A stretch of DNA of 64,000 nucleotides from the NCBI GenBank assembly GCA_002104905.1, contig MCFE01000351.1, positions 1 through 64,000 of the forward strand, given 5' to 3'. The translations under genes were made by a program, and so were the position numbers. Position 1 is the stretch's first letter. The number at the start of each line of letters is the position of its first letter. Shown piece by piece: positions 25,101 to 36,313 of the stretch. Source of the stretch: Basidiobolus meristosporus CBS 931.73. Lineage: Eukaryota > Fungi > Basidiobolomycota. The notes under the pieces are model-generated. The model worked only from the letters and a program-made list of their open reading frames with translations. It was not told the origin of the DNA and did no database searches.

Positions 25101-26588
25101 TGGGTTCCAAGTTGATTCCAGCTTTCAAAGCAAATTGCTCTGAAATGTATTCATGTGATGCTCCTGATTCAATCATGATCCTGGCAGGTACTCCATTGAT
25201 TAATCCATTCAGGTATAATAGCCTTCCTGAGTTTGAGGTCATCTAAGATGTGTGTTCTTCTGTTATATGGAAGGTGAGTTATGAGTCTTCTTCAAGTCCA
25301 TCCTCCATGTTAATATGCTCCAGGGCTTCAATATGGTTAAAGGTTCTTGATGGCTGGTGTCAATTTCCTCTCTGAGGGAATTACTCTGCAATGTGTCCCT
25401 GCTGGTGGCACTTTAAGCAAAGTCCTTTCTTCTTACATTGTTCTGAGGTAGGATTCTTCTTCAAAGTGTCTATTTCCATTAGCACTGCTCCTGATTGTCT
25501 TCTTTCATACTAATTGTAGCCCCTCTGACTAGTCATAGTGGGCTTTCCAACTACAAACATAGCTGAGTCATAGTCAACAGCAATCTTGAAGGCTTCTTCA
25601 ATAGTCTGAGGTCTTTGATAACTCACTTCCTTACAAATTCTTTCTTTCAACCCATCAATAAAGTATTCAACTTGATCCAGAGGGTCCATTCTTTCAATTT
25701 GTCCAAGTAGACATCTATATTCATAGATGTACTCTTTTACTGTCTTACTGTCTGAGTGTCTTCAGCTTTCTTCTTAGTAGTGTCTGTTGGTGTGCAGCCT
25801 CAAAGGTATCATGAATTTCCAACACAAACCCATTGCAGGTAGAAATTGTGGAGCATCCCATCATGGTGGCTGACCTGATTTTGTTGTGGTACCACTGTAA
25901 AGCTGCATCTGCCAGGTAAGTGGCTGCATAATGTAACATGCCTTCTGGAGCAATTTCCTTAGCCTCAAAAGCTTCTTCAATCTGGAAGAGCCAAGTTCCC
26001 AGGTTTTCATTGACTCTACCATGGTACCAATTGATCTTCACATTAAAGTAGCTCTTGACAGGGTTTTGCTTGCTTTGGGCCATGGTAGTCATTCCTTATT
26101 GCTGCTGGCTAAGTATCTGGAGTAACTGTTGCTACTGGGCCAGGATTTGCTGCATTCCATTCTTTCATTCTTGATTTCTGGACATCTTGAGTGAGGCTTC
26201 TGGTTATTGCTGCTACCAATGTTACAAGTCTTGGTATAGGAGTTATAGAGGAATAGGGAGTTTAGCTTGTATTGTATTTACTAAAACCTGAACTGATTCT
26301 CATTGGAGTTCAGGCAGCTCATTATATACATTTTGCCAGATCAATTACTGACTAATTGCATTCTCTAATGTAGGCTGTGGCTGATGACTCATTTGACTGC
26401 ATCATCATCACACAATAAGATCCTACTTAATGTATCTATTTCTGTCTGATAAGGATCTGCTGATTCATTTGCTAACTAATGCTACTGATTTGATAGACAA
26501 TACTGATATATTGATAAGCTAAACATATAACTAAATGATTTGACTAAAAACTGATCTTACTTAAAAATTCAAGCGGCAGATCATAGCA
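22200..26588 (-). mobile_element. Ty3/Gypsy element A, both LTRs, integrase core deleted
   Basis: LTRs 22200-22534 and 26220-26588; TSD ATAT/ATGT; PBS TGGTAGCAG; PPT AGGGGAGAA; gag (WLFQIEEAF, LQWY), RT (CIDYRALN, SKIDLMSGYNQI, TAFRTRYG, FGLTNAPATF), RNase H (KTDHASL, RWSEYIQQFD). Confidence 0.93.
24060..24473 (-). pseudogene. Gypsy reverse transcriptase core
   Basis: MCIDYRALN...CLDNILIY (catalytic YxDD decayed to CLDN). Confidence 0.92.
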
Positions 26589-26756
26589 ATGTATTGTTGA
26601 GATGCAAAACTTTGATTGAGTTTTTTGCAAAATCTGGGGTGCAATTATTTTTGATGGTCTCTGAAAAGTGTCCTGATGGGATCAGTACCTCTTAATCATG
26701 TGACTTTAAATTTGTGATGGCCTTTTGATAGGATTATCACAATTTTTTCTATAGGG

Positions 26757-28215
26757 CTTCTTGTCAAAATCATTTCAGGATACAACTTAGCACATGTATG
26801 GTACATATAGACCACTGTCATGTGGCTACAACGTTTGACCCAAATACTGTCCAGATACCAGCATATGTTTATATTAGCATGGCATTGATGTCAAAAAATG
26901 CCACTAATTCAAGGTGTCTAACTTGTCAAGAATCCACCACAATTGGGGGAAAACATTTTTCACACTCTGGATATATTCTTGTAATACCCTATCCACCACC
27001 ATTGGAGGAAAACATCATTCACACTTCAAATATAATCTATTAATACCCTGTCTAAAGAAGCTCATGCAGTCCTGCAGACATTAGGACGCTGTAAAGCACT
27101 GCACTCAGTATTAATCAAGCTCAAACATCTTGTATATATATGATGGCAAATATAGCAAACAACCAGAAACAGGGGCTACTTTGAAGGTATGTATGACTAA
27201 GCATATGCCTTGGCACCTGATGAATTCTCATCAAACAGGCACTCTGTCAGCAAATCCTACTGGCCACTAATGCTCATCAACCTGAATCTGCCACCTGTCT
27301 TGCAGTATTTGAGCAGAAATCTGATGGGAGTCGCACTGATATCTGGGCCTGTATCACTGTACAGCCTCAATGGCCACCTGTTTCCATTGCTGGTTGAGCT
27401 TTGTATGCTTTCCAGCAGGATACTACTAAATGGACATTATATCAAAATGCATATTTTTATCTGCATTGGAGATACCCCATTCATTAGCAAGATAACCAGC
27501 TTTCCTTGGCACATATGATGGTATTGCTGTCAAATGTGTGAGATCCAGGGGACCTACTCCATAACTCACACATATTATTACCCAAACACCAACACTAGGA
27601 GCATCATCTTCCCTCAAAGAGAATATACAGAAGTCAGTATGCAATTGCAGCAAAGTTAGCAAGCTATTAGCCATTGTCCAGGATATGGAATCAATTGAAA
27701 ACCAGATTTACTTAAGATAGAGGGTATATGTTGTAGCAAAAGCTTTCCACCAAGAGCAATTCATTTGCTTTTCAACAATATCCCTGTACTGATGACCAAG
27801 TTGTACATGAGCATTTCAAGCAAATGAGCGCTTTGAGTTGCCAGAGAAATTTGCAAGAATTGGCAAGATATTACAGAGTATCTGCTACCCTAAATACTTC
27901 TCACAGGCCTCAATCAATGTTCACCTGCATATGTGACAATACAAGTGCAAGTCCTGGTTGAGCTGGATATATATTTATTCAAGTGGCCTTCAGAAGCCAT
28001 TTCTACCAAGAGTACACTGGAAGCATTGGGAGTCATATGTGGACATAGTAGGAATATTTATCCAGAAGTAGATCACCAATGCCTACTTGACACATCTACA
28101 GCTTTTGTGCAAAGAGTTTGTGATGGGATTTGAGTGGCTACACTACAAACATAAAGCTACACATTTAGATCTCTGCCTCTACTGTATCCATTTGCTGCTC
28201 CATCTTGCTTGGTAT
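26757..28215 (+). pseudogene. CACTA transposase fragment, plus strand
   Basis: SKSYWPLMLINLNLPP...ISGP..CIGDTP (27210-27518); CLTC motif; HLQLLCKEF. Confidence 0.8.
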
Positions 28216-28224
28216 GATTTCATC

Positions 28225-29456
28225 ACACCATTCATGGTAGCAGAGGTCCTAGAAGCCTTCATTCCCAGCTGACAGCAATCAAGAACCACTCTGTTAAGGG
28301 TATGAATGACTTAGTGCATGCTTGGAATACTAGGTTCAAAAGTTCTAATAGACTTCTGTTGCAATTTAAGAAGTGATCTGGATATAAGGAACTTATCAAG
28401 ATATAGTGATCATAGTTGAGCAGCTGTTTATTCATAAAGAGGATCAGTATTTATACCTTTGTAGAAGTAATACAGCTGTAACACTAAGTAAGGAGGGTTT
28501 CTTAACATTAAGGAGTATTCTGTAACAGTTTCAGGGTTAGTGCATTATGCTTGGTAAAAAATGTTAATTTATCTTCACTATAGGTTAATAATCATTGCAT
28601 CATAGATGTGAGGAAACTGGCAATGTTGGGGCTGCAAGTAAGCTCTACAGTGACCAAGATTAGCCCAGAATGTTAAGTAAATTTTTGGCTGCTAAATGAT
28701 ACCCAATAGTCTAATATTTCAACAGCTTCCATATCTCAGAATGTTCAGCTACAGATTGCATATCAAGAGTGTTTTAGATACCTTGCCAGTCAGAACTAAC
28801 AGACCTTATAGAGGGCAGAGGGACTTTCATTCTGGCAAACACAAGGCCCACTGTGTAAAGTTTCAAGCACTGGCTTACAATGAGGGTAAAACCATTGCTT
28901 TAGTGGGCCACTTGCTGGAAATAGGTATTACAAAGCACTCTGGGTAGATAAATATCCCAATGTAACTAGAGGGGAGAAATGTAAGGCAGACTTAGCTTGT
29001 ATAAGAGAGGATTGCCTGATATTAGGATACTCTAGAGCTCAAAGGCAGCCAAGGAATGGAGTGCTTAGCAGGAAGCAGAAGCTCTACAATGCAATATTAA
29101 ATCTCTTCAGAGTGCAACTAGAACATACAACTGGATATCTAAAGTGGCTCAGTATATTTGCAGGTAAATACAGAAGAAATTCATATATAGGAGAAAACAG
29201 CAAAATAGGTAAAATAGTTGAGATGCTTACTAATGCAAAGTTTATTTGTACAAGACAACATCCACTGGGAGAAATGTGTCTGCAGCATTATGAAGAGTAA
29301 ATAAAGCTAGAAATGCACTATCCTGCACAACATAAGTATGATTGAGTGAAATTACCAGTAACAATATTCTACCACTGGCATTATGTTAATTATTAGAGTG
29401 CCAGATGATGCCATCAATTGCCATATTGATGTGGCACTATCCAATGAAGCAATTCT
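28225..29456 (+). mobile_element. PHIS element right portion: transposase pseudogene plus terminus
   Basis: VLDTLPVRTNRPYRGQRDFHSGKHKAHCVKFQ and LEHTTGYLKWLSIFAGKYR match the 13267 transposase; ends GTGGCACTATCCAATGAAGCAATTCT. Confidence 0.82.
28357..28724. mobile_element. Solo LTR (368 bp, 5-bp TSD, possibly Copia)
   Basis: TGTTGCAAT...ATTTCAACA; TSD ACTTC/GCTTC; removal restores SSNRLPY of the transposase. Confidence 0.85.
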
Positions 29457-29465
29457 AGCTTATAC

Positions 29466-29834
29466 CATTATGATATGTCGCTTTAATGCTTAAGTTAGAT
29501 CAGTTTTTAGTCAAATCAATTAATTATATGTTTAGCTTATCAGAATATTGGTATTATCTATCAAATCAGTAGCATCAGTCAGCAAATGAATCCACAGATC
29601 CTTATTGGACAGAAACAGACATATTAGGTAGGATCTTATTGTGTGATGATGATGCAGTCAAATGAGTCATCAGGCATAGCCTACATTGGGAGATATAATT
29701 AGTCAGCAATTGATCTGGCAAAATGTATATAAGGAGCTGCTGGAATCTCAATAAAGATCAGTTCAAGTTTTAATCAATACAATAAAAGCTAAACTCTCTA
29801 TTCCTCTACAACTCCTATACCAAGACTTGTAATA
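29466..29834 (+). mobile_element. Solo LTR of Gypsy A family
   Basis: Reverse complement of 26220-26588; TSD ATAC on both sides; termini decayed. Confidence 0.85.
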
Positions 29835-29839
29835 ATACT

Positions 29840-31390
29840 ATATGAGAAATAACTATGCTGATCCCTTCAAAAGGCCGTTTAAAACTCTAACCCCCATGAA
29901 TAAGAGGTATTGATCCAGACAGGATACCACACAATGACCATCAGTTCAGTCATTGCACCCCATATTTCACAAAAAACTTGGTCAAAATCTTCAATGACAA
30001 CAATACAAAAGTGGCATTTAACTGGCTCACTGCCAGTTTCTTGCTTTACAATCCCAGACACTCTATCACCTCTTACAATTGCGCACATTGATTAGCTTTT
30101 ATCTCTTTTTCACACTCCTTACTTCCTAGCTCAACTGTTTCTCTTACTTTTCACGCATCAATTTAGATTTATTTCTGTTGAAACTTCAGTTGTTCCTAAA
30201 TTGCCAATTGTACTGCTCTATACAAGTCTCTATACCCTACACTAGCATTAAGCTCAACCATACACTCAACAAGTAACTGCATTAAAATTCACTATTCAAC
30301 AAGTATTTCTGCTACAATGCTCTGTTTACATGACTTTTGCAAGCTCCCTACAGCTTAATGCCACTGTTCATTCTTGGGTTCCCATCTGTCCTGGTCTTTG
30401 GCCAGTACTGCAAGGTCTAGCATCTCATCTGCCAGTCTTTGCAATAAGTCCTTCTGATATTCAAGTGCATTTTCTTGAGCATTGCTATTGAAGAAGTGCT
30501 GCAACCTCTTGGTGTGCCTATTAGTGTTCAAAAATTCCCCCAAAGGCATTGTGCTAATCATTCAAGTTCATGATGTTGTTGCTTGGTCTGTTAGTGGGAT
30601 TGTCACTCTCTCAACAATTAATGACATAGAGCCTATGGTAGGCAAGTTCCCTTTCCTGGCAAACACATCTTCCTCACTGGAGTGTAGCTCAACTAGCTGC
30701 ACTTCTCTGGCTTTGGTTGACTTTTGTCCCTTTGCCTTTCTGTTTATCACTGCTAGGTCTTTCACTGCTACTTTGTCCAAGTTCATCTTGCAATACACTT
30801 CACTTTCTCCGTGATAAATGCGGTGCTGATGCATCTGTTTTGGCTTGCTTTTCCCTTGCTAGCTCTCAACAGGCAACCTAATTCTTCTTTCCTGCTTATT
30901 TTGAGCTCTCAGCTCAGGTTGTAATGAGTTCCTGAGGCAGCCACTGTTTTTATCTCTGTCAGATCCATCACTACTGCTTTGACCAAGCTCCTGCAGTTGA
31001 GATGATTCCAGTAGGTCTTTGTTAGTCAGTTCTCAAGGAGTGACTTGCTGATGTTCAGGTATGACAGCTTATGCAGGCACAACTTGACACATTAGCTTGA
31101 CCCTTGGCTGAGCATAATGTAATGCTATGTGTAAATGCATCTTGGCCTGCTCCAGTGGACTTGTATCTAATTGAGCACTTTAATAACTTCAAGTATACCT
31201 GCTCTAAACCACATGCACTGACCCATTACATTTTAACTTGGTGTGTTACACCCTGGTCAGTAATGTTGGTGTAGATTGTACTGAAGTGTGCCACAATCCT
31301 GTCATTGCAGGGCCAGTAGGGAATCAAGCAAGGTGCACAGGTACAACTGTGACACAGTTGCCTACAGCTTATATTCTTTCTCTTGAATGC
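29840..31390 (-). pseudogene. CACTA ORF2 3' part and downstream end, minus strand
   Basis: NRHTKRLQHFFNSNAQENALEY..LQRLADE matches ORF 21487. Confidence 0.75.
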
Positions 31391-33314
31391 TGACCTTCCG
31401 ATTCCTCACAGTTCTCAATTACCCCTTAGTTGATACTTTTGTGCTGCTGGCTTATCAGTCTTCTGCCAATTACTCTTGAATGGTACCTGACTCTAATGCT
31501 ATATTACACAGTACATTTGTCATTTAGGGCAAAAACTCATTTAAAATCTCCTTGGTTCCCAAAATTGAAGCACACAGATGGATCTGGTGTGTCCTGTGCA
31601 AACTATGTGTGGTATTGTTTGCCTGTAGCTTCATCATCAAGTCCCCTCACTCTTAGCTCATTACTGCTCCTACTATTTGTTGTGTATTATGTCATCCTAC
31701 AAATATTTACTGGCATGTTGATGTAGAACTCATCCAGCAGCATTCTACTGCAATTCTTCCATCTCAGTCAGCTCTGTGAGGTATCCAGCTCTGTTGATTA
31801 ACTAGTAGTGCCCAGTACTATGTAGGATGGTTCATCAAGGACACTTAGACTATATTACAAGCATTTAGCAAATACATGAGCAGATCCAGCATTGACTCTT
31901 TTGGTCAGCATCATGCTTATGAGCAAGGTGATGAATCTTGTCTGGGCAGGACTAAACATGAGTTGATACTTAGTATAGGGACTATACAAGTATATCTGAT
32001 ATGAAAACTCTTGTGATTGTTTTATTTCCATATATTTTGCATGATGCATTATTGACTGCATTGTCACAGCTTAGATTACATCAGTCCCAGATGTTTATCT
32101 GATCATAGATTTTTGGGCAATTGATCAATAAAGTCATAAAGCTATTGTTTGTGAATGATTTTGCAATGCAACAATAGGATATATGATAAAAGGCCTAGAT
32201 ATATTGATAATACATGGCAAATTGGATAAATTAACCTGATGGTGCCAATGCTATGATCTACTGCTCAAATATTCAGATTAGATCAGTTTTTAGTCAAGTC
32301 CAGTGTTTATGCATATTCTATCAGTGTCATCTATTAAATCTGTGGCTTTAGTCAGCAGATTCTTATCATACAGAAGTAGATATATGAAGCAGTAGCTAAT
32401 AATGTAGCCAGTTGCAACCTATGTTAGGAAACATAATTAGTAAGCAATTGATCTGGAAAAATGTATATAAGGAACTGCTGAAACCCCAATAAAAATTGCT
32501 TCAAGTTTTAGTGACTACAATACTAGATGAACTCACTATTCCTCTACAACTCTTATATCAAGACTTGTAACACCAATCTATACAACCCACTCTGCCATAA
32601 TCATTTTCCAATCTCAATATGTCTTGCTCTTCTGAATGGCACCTTGTTATCAATCTCATGACAACCACTAAATTCCCTGTTCAAACTTTTGAGGATATCT
32701 GTATCAAGTAGTGTGGACTATTTGTCCCAATCTACTCCAGGAGATCCCTTGTTCAGCTTCTCTACTATTAGACAAGCTAATGCCCTACCAAGTGTCATCC
32801 CACTGTTTATGGCAATAGAAGTCCTGGAAGCTTTCATTGATGGATGACAGTAATGGAGAAACACCTTGCAGAGGGTGTAAATGACTTAGATCAGGCTTAA
32901 AATACTAGGTTAAGAAGCTCCAGTAGACCTCCATATGCACCAGTGTTCTGGAACAAGTACTATAGCAAGAGCTTTTGATATGTTTCAAGTGCTAATTAAC
33001 ACACTCTCTAGGGGTTAGAGGCACTTTTGTTTAACCAAATATTAGGCTCACAGTATGAAGGTATAAGAACTATCTGATATTAATGGCAAAATCTTCTGGC
33101 TTAGTGGTCTTGTCTAGAGTACTTTCAAGTGTGAATAAGGCAAGAAAGCACTTTTGTGAATAATTTAAGCCAGATTGAGTAAATTACCAGTAACTGCAAG
33201 CTAACACTGCAATCTTGGTAGAAGCCAGGTTGCCAGATAATGCCATACACTGCTGTATCAATCTGTCACTATAATCAGGCCAGCCTGTGTGGCACTGTCC
33301 AATGAAACAAGTCC
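31390..33314. mobile_element. PHIS element copy in opposite orientation, internally deleted
   Basis: ORF2 homolog on minus (~31400-32000); transposase 5' part on plus from ~32636; terminus GTGGCACTGTCCAATGAAACAAGTCC followed by AAT. Confidence 0.78.
32249..32572 (+). mobile_element. Solo LTR of Gypsy A family
   Basis: TGCTATGATC...CTTGTAACA; perfect TSD CCAA. Confidence 0.9.
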
Positions 33315-33317
33315 AAT

Positions 33318-34370
33318 ATGGATGGCTACTGGAGCTTCCAAATCTTGTTTCAGGAGTGCTCATGATGCCTGAGTCTGTTGCTGGATACCAAACTTATACA
33401 TATTCATAAGAGCTTCCAGACTTTATCTCCAAAGGTAAATCCAAGTAATTTATACACTCTGAAAGGTGAATCTTCAATGCTATCAGTCAGAGATGATGAG
33501 ATGAAATCATATTGCACAATATAGCACATGATAGTAGGGAATATTAAAAGGAGATCTCTCTAAATTAGCTGGTACAGCTAATCCACAGTACTGGAAGCAT
33601 CTCAGCTCTAATGTTACAAAAGGAATTGCAGTGGTAATGATGTGATCAATGAAAAAAGACTACTCAGATAAGAAGCCCATATCAAGATTGGTAAGTATTC
33701 ATGTATGCAACAAGATAAATCAGCTGGGCATTGTCAGCTGGAAGTACATGGTTTTTAAGTTACATAACTAAACTGTCATCAGTATCTATATGTTCCATTA
33801 TTATGTTGTGTTAGTTATTCAGGTGTAGACAAAGTATAAGTGGATATCTCAAAGAGTTGTAAGGTGAGCTTCATAAGCAAGATTAATGACCACAGGCAAC
33901 TACTTTGCAATTATACAAGTTTTCCTCACCAAAGTACTAACTAAACCTTGCTTCATGACACATGACAGCTAGTTTGAAGCATCCTCTTTACAGTAGCACT
34001 GCACCCCAAGACTACAGGGTAGCATTGTGCAAAGTTAACAATGGACACAAGTCCTCTGGAGCAAACCTTTGGTTACATTCACCTATGGTATTGCGTGAGA
34101 CCCAGCTAAGAGCCAGGTCCATGCACTAAGTTGTACATACATCTGCTGTAGCATCTACCCTTGAGCAAGTTACACTTGGTGTGCTATCAAATTAAGAATC
34201 ATTCAAGGTATCTCAGCCACTGCTGCCAATGGCATATGGCAGTACACTTTGACATGCAGCACTCCAGGAATGGTCAACCACATCATTCTGGCGCTAAGAC
34301 CTCATCAGGAGACTGCTATAATTCCAGCAGCTCTGAGTTTATCACCATCTACACAATCTGGTGAGGAGAT
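33318..34370 (-). pseudogene. Unassigned decayed coding-like DNA, possibly a non-LTR RT remnant
   Basis: Minus-strand LVAYMNT and PFRVYKLLG weakly resemble the LINE motifs AYMDDT and YKYLG. Confidence 0.3.
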
Positions 34371-34379
34371 TACAACAGT

Positions 34380-36313
34380 GTTTTGCTTACTTTACAGCCA
34401 AATATAGTTGATAAAATATAATTTTGTTTATACAGTCTTTTGCCAAGGGTGGCATGATATTGCTACAGTCTTAATGCGCTTTACAACTATACAAGATGAT
34501 CTTACTGTCTAGTACATACTGTTGTCTAATATGTCAACAAACTTGCTGGTATTTGAAGGCCTCTTTGCAAGGCTCCAATGGCATTATCATGGCAGTATGT
34601 TGCACTACAGCTGGTTCTGTGTTATGCTACTGTACCAATTTACCAAATAGTAATTTCTTTTTCTACCTCCCCTTGTGTAGTTTATATATTCCACCATAGA
34701 ATCACCCATCTTGATTTGCTTACCCACCACTACCTTTGGTATTCCAAATATAGTTTGAATCAAAAAATACTATGGCCTCCTGCTTACTAACCTTTACAAA
34801 TGTGTACACCTGCCATAATTGACATACTTCCAATACCTTGACTTTAAAGCTTTTTAGTGCAATGCTTGCATACTTACTGTGTACCTTGTACTGCTGGTAA
34901 CATATACATCTTGCAAGCATATGCTTAGTAGCTACCACTTCTGCCATGAACACCTCCTGAATATCCGCATAGAGCTTTTGGGTATTTAGCCAATATATTT
35001 CTTCTCCCTGCTGGATTTTAGTCCCTCTTATAGGTGCATTCTGGCTTTTGTTTGTGAAAATCCCATTTCAAATGGTGTGTAAATTGACTTTTGACTAAGC
35101 AAAATTGCCTACTTTTGTAGAGTTTTCCTATTGAAGTTTAGTTGCTTGTTACACCCAACCCAACTTTTCATTACTTGACTGAACACTTGCACATTGTGGC
35201 CACAAAGCTTCTTAATGCCATAGGCATTAATGTCCCCCCACACACCTGCCCCATAGGAAACTCACAAAAGGTGAAGTAAGGTTCACTATTCTCAACACAC
35301 CAAGCAAGATGGAGTAGTAAATTGATACAGTAGTGACAGTGATTAACGTATTCAGCTTTATGTTTGAAGTACAGCCACTTAAATCCCATCACACACTTGT
35401 TGCACAAAAGCTGTAGATATATCAGGTTGGCATTGATGATCTGCTTCTGAATAAATATTCCTACTATATCCACATATGACTCCCAAAGCTTCCAATCTAC
35501 TCTTAGTAGAAATGGCTTCAGAAGGCCGCTTGAATAAATACCTATCCAGCTCATCAGTCCTTGCACTTGTTTTGTTGCATATGAGAATTAATGTAAATTG
35601 CAGCCTGTGAGAAGTACTTAGGTTAGCAGATACTCTATAATATCTGACCCATCCTCTCAGTTTTATCTAGTATGTCAAAGGGCTTATTTAGCTTGTGATG
35701 CACCCATTCAAAACTTGGTTATCAGTATAGGGATATTGTTGAGGAGCAAATGCATTACTCCCAGCAGAAAGCTTTGCTAGTGCAGATGCCCTCTATCTTG
35801 AGTATCTCTTGCCAAAGTCATGGAAACAGAGCGTTATAGCAGTATTACTTAATCAGTGATGGATTCTAATGGAGTTACTTGTTGGGTGAGTGGTTGGACT
35901 TGAGGTTACTGTGGCATAATAGGATTTATATAGGTCAATACAATTGGCAATTGAGGTACAACTGAAGTTTCAGTGGAAATAAATCAATTTGTATGCATGA
36001 AGAATCATAGAAACATTTGAGTCAGGTAGTAAGGAGTGTGAAAAAGAGGCAATAGCCAATCAATGTACACAAACATAGGAGGTGATTGACTGCCCAGGAT
36101 CAACAAGTGCAAAAACTGGCAGAAAACCAATCAAAAGCCACCTTTGTTTTGTCATGATGAAAATTTTTGACCAAGTTTTTTATAATATCTGGGGTGCAAC
36201 TATATTATGATGGTCTTTGCACAATGTCCTAATCGAACCAATAGACTCTAGTCACAGGACATGGAATATGTGACACCCTTTTGATGGAATTATCACAACA
36301 ATCTTTCATTGAG
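34380..36313. mobile_element. Rearranged CACTA fragments (transposase 3' on minus, ORF2 tail on plus)
   Basis: VLEVCQLWQ, WIGIYSSGLLKPFL; ORF2 downstream sequence from ~35810. Confidence 0.75.

Larger units (their letters stand above)
8547..26756. mobile_element. CACTA element with both ends (~6 kb net of four nested insertions)
   Basis: Left end CCCTATGAAAAATAATT (8547), inverted right end AATTTTTTCTATAGGG (26756); transposase on minus and ORF2 on plus; host sequence rejoins across the LTR, PHIS and Gypsy insertions. No matching TSD found, so it may be composite. Confidence 0.7.

Noticed and set aside
8541-26762. A clean TSD for the two-ended CACTA copy
   Set aside because: Left flank ends TG, right flank begins CT and is oppositely oriented transposase sequence; no duplication supportable.
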